Positions 48,728-59,400 are shown, counted from the stretch's first letter. The stretch is DNA of 64,000 nt from Dehalococcoidia bacterium (GCA_046484125.1 JAWOBX010000043.1:3047-67046), one strand, 5' to 3'. Numbers and translations: made by a program. The notes: generated from the letters alone by a model not told the origin.

Positions 48728-49639
48728 TTGACTCACATATCAATATCCACAATGTGGAGTGAGAGATTTACGAACATCGCTGAGTTCATACAGGATGCCA
48801 GGGGCACGGGTTTTACGCATCTGGAACTTAACAGCATATTATCACCAGAACGTCTAAAAGAACTCCTTTCGGTCAATGATCTCGGGATATCCAGTGTCCA
48901 CGCTCCATCGCCCAATACGGAAACAGCCGCGGGAATGGCCAACCGTCTTTCTCTGGGATCGCTGAATGAAAATGAGAGACGGGCGGCCATAGAGGTTACC
49001 GTATCCACGATCAACCTCGCTTCAGAGGTGGGCGCCCGGGTAGTTGTTGTACATGCGGGGTACGCCGATATGAATCCGGATATGGAAAAAGATCTGCGAA
49101 GAATGTATTTGGACGGTCTGGGGGAGAGCGACGAGTTTGAAAGATTGCGATGCAGTATAGTTGAGTTACGGTCGTTTAACGCCTGTCCGCACGTTGACGC
49201 GGCAAAAGAGAGCCTCAGGGAGCTCGCCGATTACGCTAGGAAAAAAGGGATTCAGATTGCCCTTGAGAATAGAGTCAACTATCACGAGATTCCCAGCATA
49301 GACGAGATGGTAGACATAATGAGTGAGTTTCAGCCGGAGGTGGTAGGGTACTGGCATGATGTTGGTCACGCAGAGATTCAGTCCCGAACAGGTTTCACTC
49401 CTCATATGGACTGGTTTAAAGCACTTGAGGATCGAATGGTGGGTGTTCACTTACACGATCTCCGGGGGCTGAAGGATCATTATGCCCCGGGGTCTGGAGA
49501 CATCAACTGGCGGTTGCTGGCTGACAAGCTGGCCGGGAACATAGTCCGGGTTTGTGAAATAGCAGCATGGAATGAGCCTGAGGATGCCGGCGGGGCCATA
49601 AGCTTCCTGAAGGAGACGGGGGTACTCAGTCATTCTTGA
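48728..49639 (+). CDS. Sugar-phosphate isomerase/epimerase (xylose-isomerase-like TIM barrel)
   Basis: The AP_endonuc_2/XylA-like fold (…HAPS…, …VVHAGY…, …LENR…, …HD…) is recognisable. It starts with TTG and a GAGGGAAAGGA RBS. Confidence 0.6.
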   Translation: MTHISISTMWSERFTNIAEFIQDARGTGFTHLELNSILSPERLKELLSVNDLGISSVHAPSPNTETAAGMANRLSLGSLNENERRAAIEVTVSTINLASEVGARVVVVHAGYADMNPDMEKDLRRMYLDGLGESDEFERLRCSIVELRSFNACPHVDAAKESLRELADYARKKGIQIALENRVNYHEIPSIDEMVDIMSEFQPEVVGYWHDVGHAEIQSRTGFTPHMDWFKALEDRMVGVHLHDLRGLKDHYAPGSGDINWRLLADKLAGNIVRVCEIAAWNEPEDAGGAISFLKETGVLSHS

Positions 49640-49735
49640 AAACCAGCCGAATATCATGTGCACTAATACCGGGGCTGGAAGATGCCCGCTGATTGATTGA
49701 TCACAGAATGATATTGAGCATGGTCCGGAGAAAAA

Positions 49736-50692
49736 ATGCGCGCCGTTGTTTTTGACAGAGAATTACGTTTCGTCCGTGATTATCCGGTCCCCTCGCGTGA
49801 ACCCGGATGGGCCATGATTCGGGTCAGTCTGGCAGGTATCTGCAAGACTGATATAGAGATCACCAAAGGATATATGGGGTTTTCCGGGGTCGTGGGGCAT
49901 GAATTCGTGGGTATTGTCGATGAAGCCGAGGATCCCGTTTTGGTCGGTAAGAGGGTGGTCGGGGAGATAAACGCGGCTTGCGGTAAATGTCAAATATGTG
50001 ATATAGGATTGGGACGGCACTGCCCTCACCGGTCTACTTTGGGGATCGACAAGCTCGATGGTTGTATGGCGGATTACTGTGTATTACCGGTGAGCAATCT
50101 GGTAAGGGTTCCCGATGGAATTTCCGACGAAAGGGCTGTCTTTATTGAGCCACTCTCCGCCGCGTGTGAAATACTTCAGCAGCTAAGGCCGGAGCTCTGG
50201 GAACGCGCGGTGGTGCTGGGGGATGGGAGGCTGGGGATACTGTGTTCCTGGGTACTTTGTACCGTACTTTCCGACGTAACTCTGGCAGGCCATCATCCAG
50301 AGAAGCTTGGTATCGCGCAATGGCGAGGATTGAAGACGACGAGAGATGCCGGCAAATCGGTAACGAACGCCGACATCGTCGTGGAGGCGACCGGCTCACC
50401 GGATGGATTAAGGGAGGCTATGGAGATCTGCGGGCCCAGGGGCAGGATAGTACTAAAGTCAACGATCGCGGCACACACTGATTTGAACCTTTCGCCGCTG
50501 GTGATAAACGAGCAGACTTTGATAGGGTCGCGTTGTGGTCGGTTTCAAGACGGACTTCGAATCCTGGAATCTTATCCGGATATGCCAATCGAAAGAATGA
50601 TCACAGGTCGGTACTCGATCGAAGAGTCATTAGCCGCGTTCGACCGGGCGGTAAAACCGGATGCGCTTAAAATACTGATAAAGGTAGACTGA
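49736..50692 (+). CDS. Zinc-dependent alcohol dehydrogenase (MDR family)
   Basis: The catalytic Zn site GICKTDIEI…GHEFVG and the structural Zn site CGKCQIC…C are present. Confidence 0.8.
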   Translation: MRAVVFDRELRFVRDYPVPSREPGWAMIRVSLAGICKTDIEITKGYMGFSGVVGHEFVGIVDEAEDPVLVGKRVVGEINAACGKCQICDIGLGRHCPHRSTLGIDKLDGCMADYCVLPVSNLVRVPDGISDERAVFIEPLSAACEILQQLRPELWERAVVLGDGRLGILCSWVLCTVLSDVTLAGHHPEKLGIAQWRGLKTTRDAGKSVTNADIVVEATGSPDGLREAMEICGPRGRIVLKSTIAAHTDLNLSPLVINEQTLIGSRCGRFQDGLRILESYPDMPIERMITGRYSIEESLAAFDRAVKPDALKILIKVD

Positions 50693-50738
50693 TTAAACAA
50701 CCCGGGTCTACTATAAACGAAGGCTGGTACTCGATACT

Positions 50739-51782
50739 ATGAAGATAAAACCGATAGAATGGCAAGATGGAAAGATTATACTTTTAGATCAGACCCGCCT
50801 ACCGAGGGAGGAAGTATTCCTTGAAATACCGGGTGTCGATGGAATTTGTGAGGCAATCAAGGCGCTCCGGATTCGAGGCGCTCCGGCTATTGGTGTCGCC
50901 GCGGCTTATGGGTTGGTGCTGGGCGCGCGGGAAATCATGGAAGAATCGAGAGAAGACTTCCTGTCGCAGTTAAAGAGGATATCCGACACCATTTTGGAGA
51001 CACGCCCTACAGCGGTGAACATATTCTGGGCGCTGGAGAGAATGAAGCGGACCGCCAGCGGCTTCTCAGATACTGAGGAGATTAAATCTGCTCTGGAGGG
51101 AGAAGCCCGCGCCATTGAGAGAGAGACGGCTGAGGATGACCGCAGGTTGAGTGAATACGGGGCCGAACTGATACATGACGGTTCCACCATACTCACTCAT
51201 TGCAATGCCGGATCCCTTGCCACATCCGGTTATGGTACAGCACTGGGCATGATCGGCGCGGCTTTCGAGCGGGGCAAACGAATCCAGGTGTTTGCCGATG
51301 AGACGAGACCGTTACTGCAGGGAGCTAGACTTACTACCTGGGAGTTGATGAGGGCTGGAATACCGGTGACTCTCATCACCGATAATATGGCGGGCCATTT
51401 CATGAAGCAGGGGAAAATAGACTGTGTAGTAGTGGGAGCCGACAGGATCGCAGCTAACGGGGATGTAGCGAACAAGATCGGCACATACAGCGTAGCGGTA
51501 CTGGCTCACGAGCACGAAATCCCGTTTTACGTCTGTGCCCCTGTTAGCACAATAGATTTTTCGATCCAATCCGGTAGCGAAATCCCTATAGAGGAGAGAG
51601 ACGCGCGTGAAGTCACTGAGATACTTGGAGTCCGTATAGCCCCTGAGGGTGTACATGTATTGAATCCGGCATTCGATATCACGCCTCACAGCTATGTTTC
51701 TGCTATAATTACGGAAGAGGGTGTGGCCAGAGCGCCTTATCTGGACAGTCTGGGGAAAATGCGTAAAGGAGAGAGGTATTGA
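50739..51782 (+). CDS. mtnA: S-methyl-5-thioribose-1-phosphate isomerase (eIF-2B family)
   Basis: …[17 protein letters not shown]…[12 protein letters not shown]…[18 protein letters not shown]…. Confidence 0.8.
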   Translation: MKIKPIEWQDGKIILLDQTRLPREEVFLEIPGVDGICEAIKALRIRGAPAIGVAAAYGLVLGAREIMEESREDFLSQLKRISDTILETRPTAVNIFWALERMKRTASGFSDTEEIKSALEGEARAIERETAEDDRRLSEYGAELIHDGSTILTHCNAGSLATSGYGTALGMIGAAFERGKRIQVFADETRPLLQGARLTTWELMRAGIPVTLITDNMAGHFMKQGKIDCVVVGADRIAANGDVANKIGTYSVAVLAHEHEIPFYVCAPVSTIDFSIQSGSEIPIEERDAREVTEILGVRIAPEGVHVLNPAFDITPHSYVSAIITEEGVARAPYLDSLGKMRKGERY

Positions 51783-52645
51783 CTAAGGGAGCAAAGATCG
51801 GAGTGATAGGGGGAACCGGCCTGTATGAGATAGAGGGGATGGTGGGCCTGGAGGAGGTTAAGGTTCATACTCCTTTTGGTGACCCCAGTGACGTGATCGG
51901 CATTGGAAGCCTCGAAGGGGTCAACATCGCGTTTCTGCCAAGACATGGAAAGGGGCATCGTATAGCTCCGAATGAGTTACCGCAAAGGGCCAACATCTGG
52001 GCGCTGAAATCCCTTGGCGTGGAATGGATCATAGCCGTCAACTCCGCTGGAAGCTTTAAACAGGAGGTCAGGCCGCGGGAACTGGTTATTCCCGACCAGG
52101 TCATAGATCGAACCAGGGGAAGAATAAATACGTTTTTTGGTAACGGTGTGGTTGCTCACCTGACATACGCCAAGCCCTTCTGCCCGGTGCTCAGCGGGAT
52201 ACTCTTTCAGGCCGCACAGGAAGCGGGAGCCAGAGTGCACAAGGGCGGTACGTTTGTTGCTATGGAGGGACCGCAGTTTTCCACTGTGGCGGAATCACGA
52301 CTGTATAAGTCGTGGGGGGCCGATATTATAGGTATGACGGTCCTCCCTGAGGCGAAGCTGGCACGCGAGGCTGAAATATGTTATGCCACGGTGGCGTGTG
52401 TTACCGATTATGATTCCTGGCATGATGATCTGGGAGAGGTGAGGATAGAGGAGATTATAGAGATACTCTCTCAGAACGTGGACAGGGCCAAACAGATAAT
52501 CAGGATAGCTGCCATGAATGTCCCTGAGATCCGAGAATGTAATTGTATCAACGCGCTTGAAAACGCTATTGTTACCGATCCGGCGGCGATACCGGACGAG
52601 GTCAGACGTGACCTGGACATTATTATCGGGAAATATATCAAGTGA
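51779..52645 (+). CDS. mtnP: S-methyl-5'-thioadenosine phosphorylase
   Basis: It has the MTAP/PNP-I fold (IGVIGGTGL…FGDPS…LPRHGKGH…). A 4-nt overlap with mtnA indicates translational coupling. Confidence 0.85.
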   Translation: MTKGAKIGVIGGTGLYEIEGMVGLEEVKVHTPFGDPSDVIGIGSLEGVNIAFLPRHGKGHRIAPNELPQRANIWALKSLGVEWIIAVNSAGSFKQEVRPRELVIPDQVIDRTRGRINTFFGNGVVAHLTYAKPFCPVLSGILFQAAQEAGARVHKGGTFVAMEGPQFSTVAESRLYKSWGADIIGMTVLPEAKLAREAEICYATVACVTDYDSWHDDLGEVRIEEIIEILSQNVDRAKQIIRIAAMNVPEIRECNCINALENAIVTDPAAIPDEVRRDLDIIIGKYIK

Positions 52646-52655
52646 GGCGGCCAAA

Positions 52656-53705
52656 TTGAATAATAATGATTTCAAACTAAACCTCGCGGGTCTGGCTACG
52701 GCTATCGGCAGCATGCCCCATACCGATCCGGCTAAAGCGTGTGAAGTGGTAAGAGAATATCTACCCGACATCCCGGTATGGCCGCAACTGCCCAACAGGT
52801 CGTTTCTGGAGAATATGTATGTTCAGTACAGCGAAGGTCTGCCTGGCATCGTACTGAGTGAAGAAAGAATTCATATCGACCGCACCGTAGACCTCTCGGA
52901 TCAGATGGAAGCGCTGTACGCGGCTTATATAGAGAATGATCTGGACCGATATGCCGTTTCCAGAGAATATGCTCTGGGCCTGCATGAATTCTTAAATATG
53001 AAGCTGGATTCGGCGAGGGCGGTTAAGGGTCAGGTGACCGGCCCTGTCAGCTTTGGCCTGACGGTTACCGATCAGGATCGCCGTCCCACACTGTATGATG
53101 AGACGCTGGCGGACGCAATAGCCTTTCATCTCCGCCTGAAAGCGGCGTGGATGGAAAGGGAGCTGGCTAAGTTATCGCCGAATACAATCGTTTTTCTCGA
53201 TGAGCCGTATCTGGCGTCTCTGGGTTCCGCCTTCGTAGCAATCGACAATGAAATTGTCATCAGGCTCACCAACGAAGCGTTGGGTGGTATACGGGGCCTG
53301 AAGGGGATGCATTGTTGCGGCAACACCGACTGGTCTGTTCTGATGGCAACCGAAATAGATATACTCAATTTCGACGCGTATACTCATGGTGAGGCACTGG
53401 TGCTCTATCCCTCCGCAGTGCGGGAATTTCTTGATCGTGGTGGCATACTGGCATGGGGTATAGTTCCCAGTGACGAAACAGAGGTGGCCGGGGTTACTGC
53501 AAGTGGCCTGATAGACAGGTTGTCGGAATTGATGGATTACCTGACTGGAAAGGGTGTCGACCGTGAGGCGCTCGCGAAGCAGTGCCTGATAACTCCGTCA
53601 TGTGGTGCTGGTTCTCTTTCGGAGGGGGCCGCAGAGTCGGTGTTGAAGCTGACTGAGGAGGTCTCCTCTCAATTCAGAAATTCAAAAAGACTTGGTGGCG
53701 GATAA
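52656..53705 (+). CDS. MetE-like (cobalamin-independent methionine synthase C-terminal / UroD-like fold) protein
   Basis: FLDEPYL resembles the MetE IQIDEP motif and MHCCGNTD resembles the Zn-ligand HMCY motif. The start was set at TTG (TGAGG RBS) just after the mtnP stop, because the track ORF start would overlap mtnP by 128 nt. Confidence 0.5.
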   Translation: MNNNDFKLNLAGLATAIGSMPHTDPAKACEVVREYLPDIPVWPQLPNRSFLENMYVQYSEGLPGIVLSEERIHIDRTVDLSDQMEALYAAYIENDLDRYAVSREYALGLHEFLNMKLDSARAVKGQVTGPVSFGLTVTDQDRRPTLYDETLADAIAFHLRLKAAWMERELAKLSPNTIVFLDEPYLASLGSAFVAIDNEIVIRLTNEALGGIRGLKGMHCCGNTDWSVLMATEIDILNFDAYTHGEALVLYPSAVREFLDRGGILAWGIVPSDETEVAGVTASGLIDRLSELMDYLTGKGVDREALAKQCLITPSCGAGSLSEGAAESVLKLTEEVSSQFRNSKRLGGG

Positions 53706-53706
53706 A

Positions 53707-55347
53707 ATGGACCTTGATATCATCGGAATAGGCTCGGCTTTAGTAGACATAACTATTGAAGTTGATGATAAATTCCTGGATGCTGAGGGATTACCCAAGG
53801 GCGGGATGACTCTGGTTGAAGCGGATCGGTCAAAGGAATTACAGCAAAAGCTTAAAGGTATGACCAGAGAGATCTCGCCGGGCGGGGCTACAGCCAATGT
53901 CATGGCCTCGTTTGCCCATTGTGGGGGAAGGGCGGGATTTATTGGCAAGGTTGGCCGCGATGAGATGGGAGCGTATTTCGAGCAGGAGACGGAGGCGGTC
54001 GGGGTGAAGTTTGTGAAGCTGGTATCGGAAAGCTCGCCTACAGGTATCGGCCTGACACTGATAACTCCCGATAGGCAGCGGACGTTTGCCACCAATCTCG
54101 GGGCGGCCGTAGAGCTTTCACCGGCTGACCTTTCAGAAGAACTTCTAAATCAGGCGCACATTCTGCACCTGGAGGCGTACCTGGTTTTTAACCGGGAGCT
54201 TATGGATTTCATTCTGAGTACGGCCAGGGCAAATGGCCAGAGGATCTCTATGGACCTATCCTCATTTGATACGGTGAAAGAAAATCTGGAATACCTGGAG
54301 AGGATAGTAAAAGATCATCTCGATATAGTTTTTGCCAACGAGGATGAGAGCCTCGCCTTTACAGGGCTCGCGACGAGGGAATCACTTGGTGTCCTTTCCC
54401 GCCTGTGTGAGATCGCTGTTGTCAAGGAGGGGGCTCTGGGTTCCCATATAGCCAATGGTGCGCATCGTGTTTTTCTACCCGCGGAAAAGGCATGGGTTGT
54501 AGATACCAACGGGGCTGGAGACGCCTATGCGGGAGCGGTTTTATATGGGTTGAGTCAGGGTATGAGCGTATCAACCTGTGGGCGTATTGGTACCAGAGCG
54601 GGTGGGCTGATTGTTGGCCAGAGAGGAGCAAGGTCGACGCCTGATAACGCCAGGTTCCTGCGTGACTTTGCTGAAGAACTGGGTATGCTGATGTTGAGAC
54701 GGCTTCAGTCGGGAAGCCTCACACCAGAGCTAGTGGTGGGGGTGGGGGAGGAAATCGCCTCTTTTCATGAGAAGGCGGCTGTATGTGAGGAACCGGACAA
54801 ATATGGTAGCCCCGAATGGGTCGGAGCGGCTGTGGCGGAGGTTTTCAGCGAGTTAGAAGATTATGTGGGAAAAACCATTGAAGAGGAGCAGTACAGCGCG
54901 TTGAGGAGCTACATGGAGGGGTTCCTGGAAGATAAAGACCGTCTAATGGAGAGCCGGGTTGAGCAGGGGAGAATAATCTCCTGCCACGGTGAATTGCATA
55001 CCGAACATATCTGTCTGGGAGATTCGGTTACCATCCTTGACTGCCTGGAGTTCGACGATCGATTCAGCTACAGTGATCCGGCTTACGATCTGGGTTTACT
55101 GACAATGGAACTCGGTTTCCATGGCCGTTCGGACTTGGAAGAGGTGCTGGAAAGGTCGTATGTAGAGAGTTCGGACGATAGACAGATTATAGAGATGTTG
55201 CCGTTCTATAAAATATATCATGCTCTGGTCAGGGGCAAATATACCAGTTTCCGCCTTGAAGATGAGGATATATCGAAGGAAGAGAGGGAGACTGTTATTG
55301 ATACTTCAAGGCACTATTTCGAACTGGCTTGTTCTTATCTGCCCTGA
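53707..55347 (+). CDS. PfkB-family sugar/nucleoside kinase fused to a C-terminal aminoglycoside-phosphotransferase-like (MtnK-like) kinase lobe
   Basis: The N-terminal 330 aa is a ribokinase fold (…DTNGAGDAYAGAVLYG…). The C-terminal roughly 220 aa carries a Brenner-like HGELHTEHI and ILDCLEFDD…SDPAYDLG, matching APH/choline-kinase catalytic and activation segments. Confidence 0.6.
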   Translation: MDLDIIGIGSALVDITIEVDDKFLDAEGLPKGGMTLVEADRSKELQQKLKGMTREISPGGATANVMASFAHCGGRAGFIGKVGRDEMGAYFEQETEAVGVKFVKLVSESSPTGIGLTLITPDRQRTFATNLGAAVELSPADLSEELLNQAHILHLEAYLVFNRELMDFILSTARANGQRISMDLSSFDTVKENLEYLERIVKDHLDIVFANEDESLAFTGLATRESLGVLSRLCEIAVVKEGALGSHIANGAHRVFLPAEKAWVVDTNGAGDAYAGAVLYGLSQGMSVSTCGRIGTRAGGLIVGQRGARSTPDNARFLRDFAEELGMLMLRRLQSGSLTPELVVGVGEEIASFHEKAAVCEEPDKYGSPEWVGAAVAEVFSELEDYVGKTIEEEQYSALRSYMEGFLEDKDRLMESRVEQGRIISCHGELHTEHICLGDSVTILDCLEFDDRFSYSDPAYDLGLLTMELGFHGRSDLEEVLERSYVESSDDRQIIEMLPFYKIYHALVRGKYTSFRLEDEDISKEERETVIDTSRHYFELACSYLP

Positions 55348-55434
55348 GCAGGCATGTTGAACAGGCCTCATGTTTTGTTGCGCCATGAAAACGGTAGGAG
55401 ATTCAGGCCGCTTAAGATCACAAGGGGGAAGTCA

Positions 55435-56139
55435 GTGAAAAGGTTGATTTTAATTATTGCTGTTTGTATAGCCCTGGTGCTGGCGTTGCCGGGTTGCGGC
55501 GACGACGATGACTCGGACGGTTCGGGGTTTGAAATAGCGGCTTCCGGGGCAGTAGCACTCATCGATTCACATATCAGTAGTGTGATTAGCGACATGGAAG
55601 TGGTCGCAATGACAAGCGAGATCAAATCGGGCGACTGGGAGCGCATGGAGCCGCTGCTTGCCGAATTGAAGCAGGACGAAATTCCGGCTGTGTTGTGGTT
55701 TGTGCTACCGGACGGTTCATACTTTACTGTAGAAAAAGGTAAGGTGGACGAGAACCTCTCGGACCGATCATATTTTCCCGGCCTGATGGATGGCAGGAAC
55801 CAGATAAGCGGGCTTTTGACTAGTAAATCGACGGGTAAGAAGATGTTTGTTGCTGCCGTTCCGGTATGGTCCGATGGGGAGGTTATCGGGGGGTTGGGTG
55901 CCTCTGTTCTCTTGGACGGTTTGAGCGGGGTCTTGACCAGTGAGCTGCAACTGCCGTCCGACATGTTTTTCTATGTAACAGACGAAAGCGGTAAGGTGGC
56001 CCTGCATTCAAATACGGCTTTGATTATGGAAGAAAGTTCTGATATAGAAAATGGCCGTGTTGTGGCCACAAAAAAATCAGAGCTGATGGGCTGGAATTTC
56101 GCGCTGGCTTATATGACGGAAGACGCCAGCCTGGATTGA
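55435..56139 (+). CDS. Lipoprotein with a Cache/PDC-like periplasmic sensor fold
   Basis: A GTG start with an AAGGGGGAAG RBS is followed by a signal peptide and lipobox LPGCG, then a mixed alpha/beta region. Confidence 0.45.
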   Translation: MKRLILIIAVCIALVLALPGCGDDDDSDGSGFEIAASGAVALIDSHISSVISDMEVVAMTSEIKSGDWERMEPLLAELKQDEIPAVLWFVLPDGSYFTVEKGKVDENLSDRSYFPGLMDGRNQISGLLTSKSTGKKMFVAAVPVWSDGEVIGGLGASVLLDGLSGVLTSELQLPSDMFFYVTDESGKVALHSNTALIMEESSDIENGRVVATKKSELMGWNFALAYMTEDASLD

Positions 56140-56240
56140 AGTAAAACTCTGGTTGTTTCGGGTATCGGAGTGAGTATTTCCTGAATTGGGCACTTGAGAG
56201 TGCCTGTAGTTGTAACCCTTTTCACCCGGTTTTGTCAGGT

Positions 56241-57104
56241 ATGAGGATTGATCTACACATACACACGGGAACCGGATCGGATGGAAACCTCTCGGTGGAA
56301 GAGGTTCTGGCCGAGGCAGCTCGTAGAGGTATTGATTTACTGTCAGTAACCGATCATGATTCCATTGATTGCCAGGAAACGGCTTCGCGGCTGGCAGAAG
56401 AATACGGTATAGTATACATAACCGGCGTCGAATTAAATGTCTCCTTCGAGTATCCGGGAAGAAAGCTGGTCTCGCTGGATTTCCTGGGTTACAATTTCGA
56501 TCATGACAACCAGGAATTGAAAGAGAAGCTCGAGGAGATACGCCGGCATCGCCAGTCAAGGGCTCTCAGGATTATGGAGAACTTGAATGCCGAATTTAAC
56601 TCTGAATGGCTTGAAGAGTTAACCGGAGAGGATATGGAAGCGATTCAGGCCAGCGTGGATGGTTCATTCGGCCGGCCGCATATCGCCGATTACCTTATCA
56701 CCAGAGGCATCGTACAGAATAGACAGGAGGCTTTCGATAAGTATCTGGTCAAGTGCGATGTGCCCAAATATCCGCTCAGGCTGTCCGAGGCTTCAAGGTT
56801 GATCAGGGGTGCTGGTGGGGTGATCGTGCTTGCCCATCCCAATGATCCCGGCGGGACTTCGCTTGTGAACATAACGTCCCGCCTGGAAGAACAGGGAAAA
56901 ATAATCGAGGAATATATGCTGGAATATATAGACGGTGTAGAATGCTGGCATCCCCGTCATGATGGAAAAACTGTTGAATACTATGTGGATTTTTGCAAAA
57001 GACATAAGCTCCTGATGACGGGTGGCAGCGATTGTCATCAGAAACCGATCATTATGGGAACTATGCCTGTACCGGATTATGTCGCCGAGATTTTACCGGT
57101 ATGA
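56241..57104 (+). CDS. PHP-domain metal-dependent phosphoesterase
   Basis: MRIDLHIHTGTGSDG…SVTDHD is present. Confidence 0.75.
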   Translation: MRIDLHIHTGTGSDGNLSVEEVLAEAARRGIDLLSVTDHDSIDCQETASRLAEEYGIVYITGVELNVSFEYPGRKLVSLDFLGYNFDHDNQELKEKLEEIRRHRQSRALRIMENLNAEFNSEWLEELTGEDMEAIQASVDGSFGRPHIADYLITRGIVQNRQEAFDKYLVKCDVPKYPLRLSEASRLIRGAGGVIVLAHPNDPGGTSLVNITSRLEEQGKIIEEYMLEYIDGVECWHPRHDGKTVEYYVDFCKRHKLLMTGGSDCHQKPIIMGTMPVPDYVAEILPV

Positions 57105-57108
57105 GAAG

Positions 57109-58023
57109 ATGAAACTCACGCTTGACAGGAAGACGAAAACAATCGAGTACACGGAGAGGCATCCTTCCATTGAAGTAAAGCGGCTTACCAGCAGGGGAGA
57201 GATGTTGTCGTATATTGAGACAAATCGTTGCCATGCGGTGACCGCTTTTGCTCATCTGGATGCGAGCTTTCCGGAGATAGCGAGATGGCATGCCGCTACT
57301 GATGGAGAGCGGTTCGCGCTCTGTCTTATAGCCAAAGGGCTCTTTCCGACTTATATATTCACCATGGGCGACGCTGAGATGCTGGGGCTTCTGGTCGAAT
57401 CAATAGGAATGCCGGGCAGGGCTTTTTTCACCTGTGAGGCGGAACACCTGGAGACCTTGAGGAACATCTACCAAATAGAGTGGCATCTCTCTATGAAAAG
57501 GATGATGGTTACCGAGGGTGAATTTACGCCGGTGGCAGAAAAAGCAACAAGATTGCGGCCGGCTCAGGTGGCGGAGATCAATGCCCTTTACGCTCAGGAG
57601 AAGGCCAGCAATTTTACCTCGGCTCAAATCAGGAGAGGAGCGTTTCATGGTATCTGGCGGGATGGTCAATTGGTTGCGGTTGCCGGTACTCATTTCATTG
57701 TTCCTACTTACGGTATCGCCTATTTAGGGAATGTTTTGACCCACCCGCAGTATCGAAACCAGGGGCTCGCTACCACATGTGTCAGTTCGGTTACCACGGA
57801 GCTTCTAAAAACCTGCTCGGAGGTAGTATTGAATGTTGAGCCGTATAATCTGCCTGCGATAAGAACCTATACGGGCCTGGGATATAGGGATAAAGGTCAA
57901 GTGGTAGAAGGCTCGGGGCATCGAAAGAGCTTCGTAAGTGTTATAATAAGCAACATGTGTCGAAAATTTGGGTTGTTACCAAAATACGAGGAAAGGATGG
58001 AACCAGATGGAGAAAGCGCGTGA
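57109..58023 (+). CDS. GNAT-family N-acetyltransferase
   Basis: The C-terminal acetyl-CoA binding motif (…[14 protein letters not shown]…) is present. Confidence 0.65.
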   Translation: MKLTLDRKTKTIEYTERHPSIEVKRLTSRGEMLSYIETNRCHAVTAFAHLDASFPEIARWHAATDGERFALCLIAKGLFPTYIFTMGDAEMLGLLVESIGMPGRAFFTCEAEHLETLRNIYQIEWHLSMKRMMVTEGEFTPVAEKATRLRPAQVAEINALYAQEKASNFTSAQIRRGAFHGIWRDGQLVAVAGTHFIVPTYGIAYLGNVLTHPQYRNQGLATTCVSSVTTELLKTCSEVVLNVEPYNLPAIRTYTGLGYRDKGQVVEGSGHRKSFVSVIISNMCRKFGLLPKYEERMEPDGESA

Positions 58024-59272
58024 ATATGATGTAAAGGACATGGCTCTCGCCGATGAGGGAATGTCAAATATCGAGTGGGCGGCTAACGAGATGCCGGTAC
58101 TCCGGTTGATAAGGAGCCGATTCGAGCAGGAAAAGCCACTCAAAGGCGTGAGAATTGCCGGCTGCCTGCATATTACGACTGAGACGGCTAACCTCGCTTT
58201 GACATTGCAGGCCGGTGGGGCCGAAGTGGCTTTGTGCGCGTCGAATCCGTTGAGCACTCAGGATACCGCGGCGGCGGCGCTGGTTAAGGCTGGAGTGCCG
58301 ACGTTTGCCATTAAAGGCGAGGATGACCAGATCTACTATAACCACATTAACGCGAACCTTGATCGAAAACCCCATATCACCATGGATGACGGATGTGACC
58401 TGGTGGCCACTGTTCACAAGAACCGCAGGGAATGCCTGGATGACATAGTGGGAGGCACTGAAGAGACAACCACAGGGGTAATCCGCCTGAGAAGCATGGA
58501 GAATCAGGGGAAACTGATGTATCCCATAGTCGCTGTGAATGATGCCAATACCAAGCATCTGTTCGATAACAGGTATGGTACGGGACAAAGCACCGTGGAT
58601 GGCATTACCAGGGCGACAAATATTCTCTGGGCGGGGAAAAAGGTGATTGTAGTGGGATATGGCTGGTGTGGACGTGGAATTGCCATGCGTGCCAGGGGAA
58701 TGGGCGCGCATGTAGTGGTAACAGAAGTGGACCCGATTCGAGCTCTGGAGGCCGTGCTGGATGGTTATGAGGTGATGACTATCATGGAGGCCGCAAGGCT
58801 CGGAGATATATTCATAACGGTTACCGGTGACTGGCACTGCCTGGATAAACAGCATTTCGATGTTATGAAAGACGGGGCGATCGTGGCGAACAGCGGCCAC
58901 TTCAATGTGGAGATTGATATACCGGCTCTGGAATCCATGGCGAAGGAGAAGAGGAAACCGCGGCAATTCGTGGATGAGTATGTTTTGCCCGACGGCCGCC
59001 GATTGATGCTGCTTGGTGAGGGAAGGCTTATAAACCTGGCGGCGGCAGAGGGGCACCCCGCAAGCGTTATGGATATGAGCTTCGCCAATCAGGCGCTGTG
59101 TGCCGAGTACATGGTGAAGAATAGCAAGGACCTTCAGAAAAAGGTCTATGGCGTTCCTGAAGACATAGATAAAGAAGTCGGCCGGTTGAAGTTGCAGGCG
59201 ATGGGAATTAAGATCGATACGCTTACCGTGGAGCAGGAGGAATATCTGGGAAGCTGGGAAAGCGGCACATAG
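58007..59272 (+). CDS. ahcY: Adenosylhomocysteinase
   Basis: The NAD Rossmann motif ([11 protein letters not shown]) and substrate-domain motifs are present. The product is 421 aa from MEKAREYD. Confidence 0.9.
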   Translation: MEKAREYDVKDMALADEGMSNIEWAANEMPVLRLIRSRFEQEKPLKGVRIAGCLHITTETANLALTLQAGGAEVALCASNPLSTQDTAAAALVKAGVPTFAIKGEDDQIYYNHINANLDRKPHITMDDGCDLVATVHKNRRECLDDIVGGTEETTTGVIRLRSMENQGKLMYPIVAVNDANTKHLFDNRYGTGQSTVDGITRATNILWAGKKVIVVGYGWCGRGIAMRARGMGAHVVVTEVDPIRALEAVLDGYEVMTIMEAARLGDIFITVTGDWHCLDKQHFDVMKDGAIVANSGHFNVEIDIPALESMAKEKRKPRQFVDEYVLPDGRRLMLLGEGRLINLAAAEGHPASVMDMSFANQALCAEYMVKNSKDLQKKVYGVPEDIDKEVGRLKLQAMGIKIDTLTVEQEEYLGSWESGT

Positions 59273-59299
59273 CTCAGAGGGCCTGCAAAAAGGTGGGTT

Positions 59300-59400
59300 A
59301 AGTAACCTCTTCAGTAAGAGGTTACTTTGGGGGATGTCCCCCAGCTTTAAAGGTCCCCATGATTGGGGGACTTAGGGAGTTGATCAGAGGTTCCTTAAGA
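59300..59400 (+). repeat. GC-hairpin intergenic repeat, copy D
   Basis: GTAACCTCTTCAGTAAGAGGTTAC (a 10-bp hairpin) is followed by TTTGGGGGATGTCCCCCAGCTTTAAAGGTCCCCATGATTGGGGGACTTAGGGAGTTGATCAGAGGTTCCTTAAG. It lies upstream of gatC. Confidence 0.5.

Noticed and set aside
52518-52655. Apparent 128-nt overlap of the MetE-like ORF with mtnP, a possible frameshift or pseudogene
   Set aside because: It is resolved by an in-frame TTG start with a TGAGG RBS just after the mtnP stop. There is no need to invoke a frameshift.
58064-59056. 330-aa minus-strand ORF
   Set aside because: It is fully antisense to adenosylhomocysteinase, which has unambiguous motifs. There is no RBS and its composition follows the sense strand.
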